A program made the position numbers and the translations under genes. Below are positions 39,717-53,723 of a stretch of 64,000 nt of DNA, piece after piece. The notes below the pieces were generated by a model. The model was given only the letters and a program-made list of their open reading frames with translations. It searched no databases and was not told the origin of the DNA. Source of the stretch: Octopus vulgaris. Taxonomy: Eukaryota. Numbering within the stretch: position 1 is the first letter of the stretch; each line of letters starts with the position of its first letter. The stretch lies in the NCBI GenBank assembly GCA_951406725.2, contig OX597818.1:102796001-102860000 (forward strand), in the 5' to 3' direction.

Positions 39717-40310
39717 ATATGTATGTATGTATGTATGTAAGTATTTATATATGTGTTTGCGAGTGTGTATGCTTGTGTGTCTGTGTTTGTCACTCCACCA
39801 TCGCTTGACAACTGATGCTGGTGTGTTTACGTCCTGGTAACGCTAGCGATTCTGCAAAAGAGACCGATAAAGTAAGTACTAGGCTTACAAAGAATAAGCC
39901 CTGGGGATCGATTTGTTCGACTAAAGGTGGTGCTCCAGCATGGCCGCAGTCAAATGACGGAAACAAGTCTAAAAATAAAAGAATAAAAACAAGATTTCTG
40001 AGACCATCTCCGATTTGAGAGAGTGCAGAAGAAAAGGTCAATTGCGACTGAAATTAAAAGGTGAACAATCTCAAGAATCAAGATTTCTTCAGAATTGACG
40101 TGTATTAAGGAAAAGTCAGTGTCATATAGAGATATCTATTACACAACGAGCATCAAACAAGAAACCGTTTATGACGATGACAAGGACTCGTCTTACGTTG
40201 AAAAATCATTTCATTTTTTCTCAACGTATTGATTACTCACACAATTATGCTATCAACATCCGTTTTGTGTGTTGGGGGTGCGTGCGTGTGTGTGAGTGAG
40301 TGAATGTGTG

Positions 40311-40341
<31 letters not shown>

Positions 40342-40413
40342 GCAAACAAATAAAAATATTTAAACCATAGTCATTACATAGTCATTACTGATATAATATC
40401 AGACTTTCGGTTT

Positions 40414-40461
40414 CTGTCGCTGAAGAGGAGATAACCACTCCGAAATGCATGTATCCAATAG
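40414..40461 (+). ncRNA. Minimal hammerhead ribozyme, canonical core
   Basis: ctgtcg-CTGAAGA-ggag(ataacca)ctcc-GAAA-tgcatgta-TC-caatag; stem I pairs at 5 of 6 positions. Confidence 0.65.
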
Positions 40462-40867
40462 TCTGGTTAGGCAGCGATGCGAACTAACTCAATGTCTTTA
40501 CACCTATTTGTCTATAGCGCGAAATTTTCTCCCCGATAAAATACAGTGAATGGTCTTCTTACGAGTTCGAATATGCCTCAAGCATATTTATCATTTTATA
40601 GACATCGCTGCTTAGTGCTGTCACGTTGTACAATATATATTGTTTCACCTTAGGCTCTGCGTGAATTCAAGATTCTAATTGACAACAAATAGCTTCCTTT
40701 TGAACTTGTCACCCACTGGAATAATGTGTGTGTGTGTGAGTGAGTGTGTGTGTGTGTGTGTGTGTACGTATGTACGTAAATTTATACCTAATATATGTAG
40801 CGGTTTGTATGTTTGTAATCTAGTTAAATTATCTTTCGCCTTTCCACGTTCATTTTTCTTTTCTGTT

Positions 40868-40942
<75 letters not shown>

Positions 40943-40960
40943 TATATACATAAATATATA

Positions 40961-41085
<125 letters not shown>

Positions 41086-41580
41086 TATATAAATATATAT
41101 CTTTCCATCTTGGGTTCCGCAGTGATAGTCATTGAATGAATACAAATTGTTTAATTAATTAATATACCAGACAATTACTGGAATCTTTGGCGAAATATAT
41201 CTGACAGGAATTTCTTTGTGTTTGATTAAAAATTCGCCAAAATTCTTCATAATTAGTATTATTGTTTTCGGGAATTTTAAAATTTGAACAGTGCTCTTTT
41301 CTTTTCATTTTGTAATTTTTTCCTGGTATTCCTCGTTTTACAGCTAATTTATATCTTCATTTTTTTTATGTTGATTTACGAGCTATTTTTACTTTTCTTC
41401 CCCCTCCTCTCTCTTTCTATCTCTTCTATTTTCTTTTATCTTTTTGGTCTTCTTTATGAATAGCAAAATTGCCAATATCAGACGCGTATGTAACTAGTTT
41501 AGGGAAACATGATTTTTATCTATTGAATATAAAAATACTAAGGTTTAATTAATAATGACGAATTATCTCTGTATTTGGTT

Positions 41581-41647
<67 letters not shown>

Positions 41648-41650
41648 CAC

Positions 41651-41693
<43 letters not shown>

Positions 41694-41981
41694 GTGTGAG
41701 AGAGCACTGCATGCCATCAAAGTGACACTGGGGTACAAATATACGAAGCCCAGTATACCCATCATGACTACCCGTCTGAAAAGGGTACACCAGACACATG
41801 CATCACAACCATATGTTGTTATTATTATTATTATTATCGTCATTATTATTAGTATTAGTATTATTATTATTATTATTGTTATTGTTATTATTATTATTAT
41901 TTTATTATTATTATTATTAGCATCATTATTAGTAGTATTAGTATTATTAGTATTATTGCTATTATTATTATCATCATTATT

Positions 41982-42029
<48 letters not shown>

Positions 42030-42586
42030 GAGTGAGAGAGCAATTCATGCCATCAACGTGACACTGGAGTAAAATATACGAAGCCCAATATACCCATCAT
42101 GACTACCCGTCTGATAAGGGTACACCAGGCACATGCATCACAACCATATGTGCGCGACATGGTGATCTCATATCAAGATAAACAGCACATGACCTTGCAG
42201 GTGGGGCCCAGTTAGAATTTTCTTCAGGTTGAGTAGCCCATCCTGCTCAAAAGGTCCCTGAATAAGGATTGTTTAAAGATGTTGAACGAACCACCCATGT
42301 TTCCAAAGGTGAATTATCCAAACCCCAAAGAACCCCTCTCAACACATGGCTATGATGCTCCCCCACTATTTTTGCTCATGATCAGAGATGCACATATGAA
42401 CATCCACTAAGGGACATGCTCAACTAGTCATGGTCAAACAACTGGCAAGCAAATCTGTGGTATTGAACAGAATATTTGCTGTAGCCCATCTTTTATACCA
42501 AGACAAAACAATGAACATGATAACACTGCCAATCAGTTAAGATCAAAAGCCATGAGAGCCACTGCCTGGTATTGCATCAGGGCATT
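41694..42586 (-). mobile_element. ~560-bp non-coding element embedded in (TAA)n, plus a partial tandem copy
   Basis: Body 42029-42586 is flanked by (TTA)n; 41694-41815 repeats 42031-42150. Strand is inferred from the (TAA)n tail. Confidence 0.7.
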
Positions 42587-42629
42587 CATTATTATTAGTA
42601 TTAGTATTACTATTATTATTGTTATTATT

Positions 42630-42677
<48 letters not shown>

Positions 42678-42679
42678 GC

Positions 42680-42790
<111 letters not shown>

Positions 42791-43152
42791 GTTTCGAACA
42801 AAAGTGTTGATGGATACTTTCTTGATACCGCATTTCTTATTCGCCGAGCCAGGAAAGGAAGGCTTCTACGCTGCCGCTCAGCTTGTTAAAAATACCGACT
42901 AAATTTCCTCTTATCACACGCTAAATTTTTATATAAGTAAGCAAATATTGACTACTCCTGGTTTTAAAGCGGTAAGATGAGAAATGAGTGGGGTCAAATG
43001 TTGTGGTTATTTCTACCAAGTTGAGTGACTGCGTAGAGGGTTTCCCTCATTAGCTCTGCGAGTAAACAATTTGCCATCATGAAATTATATAATAAATCCT
43101 TTTTGCGTGAAAACAGCTAAAAAAAAATAATAACACATACACGATATGGAAG

Positions 43153-43900
43153 ATGGCGAATCAGTAAAGCTGTAAGCATCTTGGCCGGAATATCCCATGT
43201 AATAGTTGTTCTATGTTTCTGAGTTCAAATTCCGCTGAGGTCGACTTTGCCTTTCTTCCTTTCGGGATAGATAAATTAAGTACTAGTTGCGAACTGGGGT
43301 CGATCTAATCGACTGGCCCCCTCCCCCAAAATTTGGAGCCTTGTGCCTAGAGTAGGTGGGGGCACATGGCCTAGTGGTTAGAGTAGCAGACTCGTTGTTG
43401 AGGGATCGCGGTTTCGAATCTCAGACTGAGCGATGTGTGTGTGTGTTTATAAGCGAAACACCTAAGCTCCATGCGGCTCCGACAGAAGGTAATGGCGAAC
43501 TTCTGCTGACTCTTTCGCCACAACTTTCTATCACTCTTTCCTCCTGCATCTTGCAGCTCACCTGCGACAGACCGGCGTCCCGTCCAGGTGAGGAACCTAT
43601 ACGCCAAGGAAACCAGGAAACCGGCCCTATGAGCCAGGCATGGCTTGAGAAGGAACAAAGAAGAAGAAGCCTAGAGCAGAAAAGAACATTTGTTCTAAGG
43701 CGAGAAGCTAGCCGAAACGATAGCACCCCAGGTGCAGTGCTTAGCGTCATTTCATTCTGAGTTCAAATTCTGCAGTGGTAGACTTTGCTTTTTACCCATT
43801 CGGGGTCGATAAAATAAATACTAGTTGAACACTGGGGTCAATGTAATCCACTAACCCCCTCCGCCAATATTGCTGGCCTTGTACCAAAATTTGTAGCCAA
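43153..43900 (+). mobile_element. SINE family B dimer interrupted by SINE C
   Basis: Family B cores at 43215-43355 and 43755-43900. Confidence 0.8.
43356..43668 (+). mobile_element. SINE family C
   Basis: A box tggcctagtggtt, B box gtttcgaatct; TSD gcctagag(t/c)ag at 43345-43355 and 43669-43679. Confidence 0.9.
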
Positions 43901-44751
43901 TATTTGTTATAGATTTCTGCACTCTCATCCCTGTCCAGGTGCATTTATCTCTCTTCCTCTCTCTTTCACACTCTTCTATTCTCTCTCTCCCTCTTCCTCT
44001 CCCCATTTCTCTCCTTCTATCGCTCTCACTATCCCTCTCTCTTCCCTATTTTACTATCATCTCACACTTCATCGCGCGCTCTCAGAACTGGCTATAACCA
44101 GCAAGATGGCGGCTTGTATAAAACATCGAAGAGCGGCAACGGAATGCGATCTTTATTTCTTCCATAACCTGAACACACTGTTGTCGGAAAAGTTACCAAC
44201 GATCGTTGATCGATCTGATGGTGCAAAAAATGAAAAACATATTGGATAATGCAGTTCTCAAGACATTGATCCTGTCTGAAAAATGCCTATGCTACAACTC
44301 AATAACATCAATTTACACACGTAAAAGATCAAAATTGACATCAGAAAGAGATACCACGTAGATGTAACTGTTAGCTGATGTATATGTGAGTTTGAAAACC
44401 TATCGGGATATTTCTGAACTTCGATTAATTTCATCTCACGTTTTATTAAGTTACATAGGTTAAACAAGAAATCTTTATATCAGATATTGTTTAACGTTCA
44501 CCTATCTTTGCTATCATTTTCTGCAGTTTCATTTTAAAATAGAGAAATGCGAGCAAACAGAGAGGATGAAAGAGTGAGTACATTTTATAGGGGGTCATAT
44601 GTAAATTTTCTAGGGGTCATGTGTACATTTTCTATGGGTTATAATTATAACACAGTGGATCTGGCAGATATTATAAATATAGTTTGTTCTGTCAAAAATA
44701 ACGATTGATCAAATTTTAGTTTTGCGAATCAATTTCAGTTGGACAGTTTTT

Positions 44752-45128
44752 GCTCTTTTACTTGTTTCAATCGTGTGACCGTGGCCATGCTGGAGCATCG
44801 CCTTTAGTCGAGCAAATCGACCCCAGGAATTATTCTTTGTAAGCCTAGTACTTATTCTATCGGTCTCTTTTGCCGAACCGCTAAGTTCAAGCGATGTTGG
44901 GGGACAAACACAGATACACAAACATATACACACACATACATATATATATATATATGCATATATACGACGGGCTTCTTTCAGTGTCCGTCTACCAAATCCA
45001 CCCACAAGGCTTTGGTCGGCCCGAGTCTATAGTAGAAGACACTTGCCCAAGATACCACGCAGTGAGACTGAACCCGAAACCATGTGGTTCGTAAGCAAGC
45101 TACTTACCACACAGCCACTCCTACGCCT
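44752..45128 (-). mobile_element. SINE family A
   Basis: Reverse complement of the reference copy with a small internal deletion. Confidence 0.9.
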
Positions 45129-45169
45129 ATAGATGTTTAACGAATGTACCAGCTTAGGAACAGAGTTAA

Positions 45170-45375
45170 TATTGGTTTCAAATTTTGGCACGCCGCCAGT
45201 AATTTCGAGAGCGGATTTAGGTCGATTACATCGATCTTATTGCTCAAGTGAAAGGATGAAAGGAATGAAAAGCAGAGTCGACCAATTCGGAATTTGAACT
45301 CAGAACGTAAAGACAGACGAAATGCTGCTAAGCATTTTGCCCGGTGTGCTAACGATCCTGCCAGCTCCCAGCCTT
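45170..45375 (-). mobile_element. SINE family B
   Basis: ggaatttgaactcagaacgtaaagacagacgaaatgctgctaagcattttgcccgg. Confidence 0.8.
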
Positions 45376-45470
45376 AGGAGCAGCAAGTATGCTTTGGTTG
45401 TGAATTAATGTCAAGATGTTAAACCTTTTTGTAGTTGATCAATCAAAGTGTCTATTTTATTAAGCTGTAG

Positions 45471-46361
45471 GGATCTTTTCAATTCTGAAGCCAGGACCAC
45501 AGATCTTTCTACTTAACTAAATAATCTGAAACTTCGTATGCTGATAGAGTCTAGCAAAACAAGACACAGGTTGGAACTAGTTTATTTGAGAAAAATCTAT
45601 TTTATGACTTTAATCGTAGATTAAAACTGCGAATTTTAACCAATCAGATTGTTTGTTTTCATGTGTAAAACTTGACTGCATTCTATTAGTGTGACGTAGA
45701 AAGCGCTTTTGTGACGTACTAACGTTCGTTTGAAAACTGTAAACAAACACAGAACGTAACGGCAGACGAAATACGGCTACGCATTTCGCCCGGCGTGCTA
45801 ACGTTTCTGCCAGCTCTTTGCTTTTTTAATATTAAATTTCTTGCCTTTTGCACAAATAAATACAATAAGTGAAATGAAACGCATTAGCTTAGAAACGAAA
45901 TCTTGTTAGAAGCCTCGTCACTGAGATGCCACTTCTTAATAGCAAACGAAAGCAAGTACTAACAGAATGGAAACATTTTCAATTTAATACATGTGGCTTA
46001 TTAACTAGTTTTAAATATTGTTATTAGAAGGTGGCTGACTATAGGATCCTGGAAACATGAGTACGTTAAATAATTAGAAGGAGATTTCACGGAGACATGC
46101 GGTCTGTTTACATTTAAGATGTTTAATACGTCACCAAATTGGTGGTCGAGACGGAGTAAATAAAATAAAGCCGAATGACGGAATATCATTGGTTAAAATT
46201 CTAATTATTAAACAACGTTAAACTTAGAAGTTACAATTCCGTTTTCATTCTGGTTTACAATTAAGTTTACTTTTGACACATTCTACCAGTATACGAAGTT
46301 TCAAATTGTTTGGTTCAGTAGGAAAAATTTGAAAAAACTGGCTTCAGAATTGAAAAGATCC
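45471..46361. mobile_element. Non-autonomous DNA transposon with GGATC termini and 8-bp TSD; contains a SINE B head at ~45750-45820
   Basis: TIR ggatcttttcaattctgaagccag; perfect TSD agctgtag at 45463-45470 and 46362-46369. Confidence 0.9.
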
Positions 46362-46985
46362 AGCTGTAGTACGTACTGCAGTCAGCATATTACATGTGCT
46401 CGGAAATGTGGGATCTATATATGCATTTACATATTAAAGGATTTGTAACTTTTTTGTCCAGACTATTATTTAGTCCTATAAAGAAAGCTTCAATTTTCTT
46501 ATATTTCAGCAACTTAATTTATGATAAATCTACATCTTTTTACTTTTAGCCAATTAATTGGCCAAAGGTGAATAATGAAAACCTAAATTTTGCTATGCAA
46601 ACTTCGTAACTTAATTTGTGATAAATCTGAATTTGTTCAACTTCAATTAACATCTTGTTGAATCAAAAAACAATAGCAATTTCATTTACTCTCGTTTATT
46701 AATTGAGGAGTAACCTCGAAATAGAAGGGAAAAGATAAAAAGAAACATAATAAATTTAATGCATAGATATCAGGGAAAACTGATAATGATACAATTCAAA
46801 AAATAGAACTCCCAAGTAAGTTTTCGTATAGGGCTAAGTTAGAGAAACAGAGAATGGATGCAGAGGAAAAGTTCTAGGTTCAGTAAATGCTTTCAAGAAG
46901 AAATACCATATACAAAATGTGTTCGGAAACATTTAGTTATGTTCTGAAACATTGTCATTAGAAGGGAGGGAGAGTGTATGAAAGA

Positions 46986-47017
<32 letters not shown>

Positions 47018-48961
47018 ATAGGCCTATGAGAATCTGGACATAGAAAGTTTTTAATAAGGGAGACTTGTTTAATTAGTCTAAAGACTTACTTATAATGAAT
47101 GCCATCTTAGATTCAAATGATTGGATGTGTGTATTTTATTATTAGAGGCAGAATTTTTCTTACCAGACCAGCTTATCTGTGATGAACAATTTAAGAGGAA
47201 AAAAATCTACTTCCAGTTAAAGAAAGATATATCATATTACTAGAAGTAATATTGTATAGTATTTTTGAACCTGAAATCTACCTTCACCGAAAACAGTGCA
47301 CTGACATCTGTCTATAAAATTTGTTTCCTCCCAGCAACCTTTGCTTTCTAGAGCCCACTTCTTGTCATTTGTGAATGGGTAAAACAGATGACAAACTTAT
47401 CTGAAATTCTACGTGAAATTTCCAACTGCATGCATCTAAATAATACGCTGCACGTATATCGAGACCTGTCACATATTCCCATCCTAGGCCGAAGGAGAAG
47501 GAGGCAAACTTGCTTATGTCAATTGCGATAATAACCAAACATCATATACTGTGACAGTTAGATAAATATAAAAACGAAGACGAGATGAGATAAAAATACA
47601 CGTCTAATAAAGGAGTGTCTTAAATGCCAAACTTCCAGTCTCCAAACATTAAAATATCTTTCACTGGCTTCAACTAAAAGGTCAAACATACCTTATTTTA
47701 TATGAATAATTTGAACCAATAATAGACGATATGCTGTTAGAAATATTTCTTTGAAAACGAAAATGTCCAAAATACTTCCAGCAATGCTTTGCCAACTGAA
47801 ATGGTTATATGCATATATGATTATTCCTGTCAGGCAATGATGATAATTTTAAATTAAATTCTGGTTTATTATCCTACATTTTCAAGGGTCTCGCCATTTT
47901 ATTTCAGAAATTTTGCATGTTTTCACTACAGTATGTCAGTTGTCATTTTCTTTTGGATCTATATATTTTAATCAAACTTTTGTTCCTGTCATTTACCCTG
48001 CAGGGGTGTTTTCAATTCATTTTAGCTGATATCTTGTTAACCACCAAGGTTATACCTTTGAAACCTAGTTTTAACTCTTCTCGTATCCAAAGCCAAGCAA
48101 AATATCATTGTAATTCGAGATTTATGAGATGGTGATAAAATGGATACTAATAATTGTGATTGTATGCAAGTAGGAAAGGGTGGGGAAGAGTTGAAGTGGA
48201 TATATAAAGGTGCCAGTGTTTGTAAAGATTACTATGGTTATGATGCTGTGAACAAGGACAATGAATACGACGGTAATGATTAACGTAAGCGAGGAGGGGA
48301 ACGAAGACGGATGAACAGTGGTTCGACTCTGAAAAGACAATTACGAATGGCTTTCAGTTGTCCGAACAGATTTGACCTCTAAGGGTTGAATTATTAAGGA
48401 ATAACCGCCGCTATGCAATGTAGCTACTACTTTATTAGCTAACAACATAATACTTAATAATTGCATCTGGAAACGTGAACTCAATCGCCTTCCTTTCCTT
48501 TCAGGATATCAATCAGTGTAGACCTTTCAATTGTAGCCCGTTTCTGCAGGATATAGATTGTAATTTACTGCATTTCGTTTTATGTCTCGCTTCTTCTGTT
48601 CTGCTTTTGAAAAGTTCTTAGAGAGTTCTCTTTGTATAAACACCCCTATGTATTCTAAATCATATGTAAACAGAATGATCATGTAGATAAGACATTTCTC
48701 TACTTGTTCGTATATCGTTAATTCAACCCTAATGCAGTAAATTTGAGGATTACAGATTCTTTCGACGTTTCCTCGGCTTAGGGGTGGGTGTGACATAAAT
48801 AATATTTACAGTATTTTTTTAATTTTAGAAAAGATACATGTATTACAAATGTTTCCTACCTTACAAAATCTATATCAGCTAAGCAATTGGTATTCTCTAA
48901 TGGAGAAAAACAATGTAATCTTATCTTCAATGTAATCTTCTTATATATAAAGTTTTCAAAG

Positions 48962-49045
<84 letters not shown>

Positions 49046-49210
49046 CTTTGAAACTTTCTTTCTCATCCTGCTGAGTGTCCAAAAAGCTAGGCCTCGTTGG
49101 GTTGCAGGTTTAGTTACCGAAGTCCAGAACATGCAATAGCTTATACTGGATAACATGTTATCAGTAGCACTAAGAATCACTTGACATAACCTACATACAT
49201 ACATACATAA

Positions 49211-49289
<79 letters not shown>

Positions 49290-49398
49290 CTTACATTTGT
49301 ATCCAGATTTTGTATATCAGATAGTTTTCGTGTAAAATGGATTTCAAATTTTTAAAATATTGGCAGAAAAGATTTTAATAATAATTTTTTTGTGATAA

Positions 49399-49990
49399 GG
49401 CGGTGAGCTGGCAGAAACGTTAGCACGCCGCGCGAAATGCTTAGCAGTATTTCGTCAGCCATTACGTTCTGAGTTCAAATTCCGCCCAGGTCGACTTTGC
49501 TTTTCATCCTTTCGGGGTCGATTAAATAAGTACCAGTTACGCACTTGGGTCGATGTAATCGACTTTATCCGTCTGTCTGACCTTGTTTGTCCCCACTGTG
49601 TTTAGCCACTTGTGGGTAGTAAAGAAATAGGTATTTCGTCTGCCGCTACGTTCTGAGTTCAAATTCCACCGAGGTCGACTTTGCCCTTCATCTTTTCGGG
49701 GTTGATTAAATAAGTACCAGTTACGCACTGGGTCGGTAAAATCGACTTAATCCGTGTGTCTGTCCTTGTTTATCCTCTCTGTGTTTAGCCCTTGTAGGTA
49801 GTAAAGAAATAGTTATTTCGTCTGTCGTTTCGTTCTGAGTTCAAATTCCGCCGAAGTCGACTTCGCCTTTCATCCTTTCGGGGTCGATAAATTTAGCCCC
49901 AGTCAACCACTTGGGTCGATGTAATCGACTTAATCCCTTTGTCTGTCCTTGTTTGTCCCATCTATGCATAGCTCCTTGAGAGCAATAAAA
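49399..49990 (+). mobile_element. SINE family B trimer
   Basis: One complete head followed by three ~180-bp units. Confidence 0.9.
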
Positions 49991-50689
49991 AAAAAATTTT
50001 TTGTTATATATATTATATTTATAACCCATATTTCCTTTATTGGCTGTTTCTGTATTACAACTAATTTATTACAGAATGTACATGCAATACTCGTATGCTA
50101 GTGTGTCGTATTAATAACGTTTTATTTATTCACATTCGATTTTATTGAAATTATTCCATTATCACCAATATGACAAAACCTGGCTACTGAATACATTGTA
50201 TTATATTTATGGAGTAGGATTTGTACACTTTTATTGAATTAGTTATAAATTTAGTCCGATTAATCAGTATTTACTATATATAAATTAACCGTTGCTAGAT
50301 ATGATAGTAATAATATAGTAAAACGTTGATTTAGATATGTTTAAATTTATCTTAATGTCGATCGTCAGGGGTAGATTTGAGCGGGTTACAAGATGTCTTG
50401 CTCATTCACTGTTGCTTTGAAAATTTGATAAAGTTTCCGGTTCTCACCAGTCTCAGCAGAGGCAATGAATCCGTAAGTTATATAAGAGACATTTCCTCAT
50501 AGAACCTCAGAGGATATGCGTTAACACAATTCCCGAATTAAATCAAATTTTTATTGTATTAAAGCTTATCGTATGACAGAAATCGTTAATTTATACCTTT
50601 ATAATAAGTGTATAATTCCTGTCACATATGTGTGCATCCATGTATATATGTATGTGTGTGTATGCATATATATATGTATATATATTTAC

Positions 50690-50721
<32 letters not shown>

Positions 50722-50808
50722 GTGTAGATATATATATACATGTTTGTATGTAAGTATATGTATATGTGTATATATATGATTGTATGTGTGCGTGTATGTG
50801 TATGTGTG

Positions 50809-50863
<55 letters not shown>

Positions 50864-50865
50864 AT

Positions 50866-51058
50866 GCACAAGGCCCGAAATATTTTAGGACGGTCCAGTC
50901 GATTAGATCGATCCCACTACGCAGCTGGTACTTAATTTATTGACCCCGAGAGGATGAAAGGCAAAGTCGACCTCGGCGGAATTTGAACTCAGATTGTAAA
51001 AACGGACAAAATACCGCTAAGCATTTTGTCCGGTTAACGATTCAACCAGCTCGTTGCT
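50866..51058 (-). mobile_element. SINE family B
   Basis: aggatgaaaggcaaagtcgacctcggcggaatttgaactcag. Confidence 0.85.
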
Positions 51059-51180
51059 TTTTCAGCATGACTTTTATTAACGCAATCTGGTTCCACTTTC
51101 CAAACTCTGATATACATTCCTGTCCAACGCCTGTAATCTCAAATCAAACTCAAAGTCGTTATTATTTCTATTATTCTTAA

Positions 51181-51570
51181 AGCGGTGAGTTGGCAGAAAC
51201 GTTAGCACGTATTTCCTCTGCCGTTTCGTTCTGAGTTCAAATTCCGCCGAAGTCGACTTTGCCTTTCATCCTTTCGGGGTCGATAAATTAAGTACCAGAT
51301 ACGCACTGGGGTCGATGTAATCGACTTAATCCGTTTGTTTGTATTTGTTTGCCCCCTCTATGTTTAGCCCCTTGTGGGCAATAAAGAAATAAGAAACGTT
51401 AACACGCCGGGCGAAATGCTTAGCGGTATTTCGTCTGTCTTTAAGTTCTGAGTTCAAATTCCGCCGAGGTCGATTTTGCCTTACATCCCTTTCGGGGCCG
51501 ATAAATTAAGTACTAGTTGCTTACTAGGGGCGATCTAATGGACTGACCCCCTCCCTAAAAATTTCGGGAA
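51181..51570 (+). mobile_element. SINE family B dimer
   Basis: Two cores, at ~51230 and ~51447. Confidence 0.88.
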
Positions 51571-51718
51571 AGGATTATTTCTACAATCCCTGGCTTCCGA
51601 AATTATTCTTCTCCTTCAAGGATTTTACTCATTGTAGCCTTACTAAAGGACTTCAATGCATTATTGATCACTAAATACAACTCCTAACTTATCAAAGCTC
51701 TTCTGGTGAAGTAACGTC

Positions 51719-52131
51719 TACTCTTTTACTTGTTTCAGCCATTTGATTGTAGCCATGCTGGAGCACCACCTTTAGTCGAGCAAATCGACCCCAGAACTTA
51801 TTCTTTGTAAGCCTAGTACTTTATTCTATCGGTCTCTTTTGCCGAACCGCTAAGTAACGGAGACGTAAACACACCAGCATCGGTTGTCAAGCGATGTTTT
51901 GGGGACAAGCACAGACACAAAAACATATACACACACACACATACATATATATATTTATACGCATATATACGACGGGCTTCTTTCAGTTCCTGTCTACCAA
52001 ATCCACTCACAAGGCTTTGGTCGGCCCGAGGCTATAGTAAAAGACACTCGCCCAAGGTGCCATGCAGTGGGACTGAACCCGGAACCATGTGGTTTGTAAG
52101 CAAAATACTTACCACACAGCCACTCCTACGC
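51719..52131 (-). mobile_element. SINE family A
   Basis: Reverse complement of the reference copy. Confidence 0.92.
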
Positions 52132-52349
52132 AGAAAAATTGATTGTAGCTAATCCGTAGTAATCTCTGGTAAATGTTACCTAAGCTGTTGCAAAGGTATA
52201 ATAAATATTTTAACTTCATATTCTCTTTTTGAGAATCCCTCTTATACTATGTCTAACTTATGCTATTCTATTATTTATAACTTCAATCGCTTCGAGTTTC
52301 AGTGTTCCAAAAACGAAATATGTGTTTGTGTGAGTGCGTGTGTTTGTGG

Positions 52350-52517
52350 GTGCATTCGTGGTTGTATAGTTAAGAATCTTGCTTCCCAGTCATATGGTCT
52401 TAGGTTCAGTCCTACTGATTGGCACCTTGGGCAAGTGTCGGCCCCGATCCGACCAAAACATTGTGAGTGAACTTGTTAGAATGGAAACTGTGTGTAAGCC
52501 CATTGTCTTAATATGTG

Positions 52518-52572
<55 letters not shown>

Positions 52573-52845
52573 GTGCGTGTGCGTGCGTGTGCGTGCGTGT
52601 GTTTCTATGTATGTATGGGTATATATGTGTGTGTGCTTGCGTGCGTGTGTGTTCATGTCTGGTTTATTTACGTGTCTGGTTCTGGAAAATTTAAGCTTAC
52701 AATATAGTACCACGCTTTCAAAAAATTAGTATTGGAGTGGATTTATCCGATTAAACCCGTCAACGCAGAGTGCCGAAGCGGGAAGCCGAAGAGGAACGCC
52801 GAAGCGCGGAGCCAAAGGGGAGCGCCAAAGCGAAGCATGGAACAG
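52350..52845 (+). mobile_element. SINE family A, degenerate
   Basis: ggttcagtcctactg...ggcaccttgggcaagtgtc head and a decayed tail. Confidence 0.7.
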
Positions 52846-52904
52846 GTAGACAGTCAGATCGATTGACACACAGACAGATAGATGGATGGACGGATGGACG
52901 GATG

Positions 52905-52938
<34 letters not shown>

Positions 52939-52959
52939 TAGACAGACAGACAGACAGAC

Positions 52960-53019
<60 letters not shown>

Positions 53020-53059
53020 GGATGATTGGATGGATGGATGGATGGATGGATGGATGGAT

Positions 53060-53128
<69 letters not shown>

Positions 53129-53664
53129 ATAGAGAGAGAGAGAGGAGAGAGAGGGAGATGCTGACAGACAGATAGGGAGATACAGAGAGAAAGAGAGATA
53201 GACAAACAGACAGACAGACTGGCAAGCAGGCAGGCAGGCAGGCAGGCAGACAGACAGACAGGCAGACTGACAGAGATGCATCCAACTAAACTAATCTGAA
53301 ATTCCATCCCTCTAATAAACACGTTAAGTACGTCTGTTTTGAAAAATATTAGTTGTCGAATTATTTTCCTTTTTCCTAATGTTTGTTTGTTTGTTTGTTT
53401 GTTCGTTGTTGTTTTCTCAATCAATTGCCGAATTGTTAAATATTGCTTTCATTAAGAAATTATTTCTATATTTATTCTATTGTTATTAAATGAGATTTTC
53501 TTTTGTAAAAAATCCCCATAAAAATAATGTGACTGACTGCTTAGTTCCTATATCCCATAATAATAACAAAGTTCAAATCAAATTTACAATATGTAAATAC
53601 GTGTTTCTCGGTCATTCGTGGAAAGTCAATTGTTACATATTCTCAGAAGAATGACTGGAAATTA

Positions 53665-53723
<59 letters not shown>

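Larger units (their letters stand above)
39010..39988 (+). mobile_element. SINE family A, 5' truncated, with a Penelope-like insert in its (TA)n
   Basis: 5' part 39010-39105, 3' part 39770-39988. Confidence 0.85.

Noticed and set aside
43356-43430. tRNA gene
   Set aside because: The A/B boxes belong to a SINE head followed by a repeat body and TSD; the same applies at 24423, 57130 and 18014.
48527-48796. 89-aa minus-strand ORF with a basic segment (KAEQKKRDIKRNAVNY)
   Set aside because: Only a vague resemblance to integrase-associated domains; no recognisable motif or splice support.
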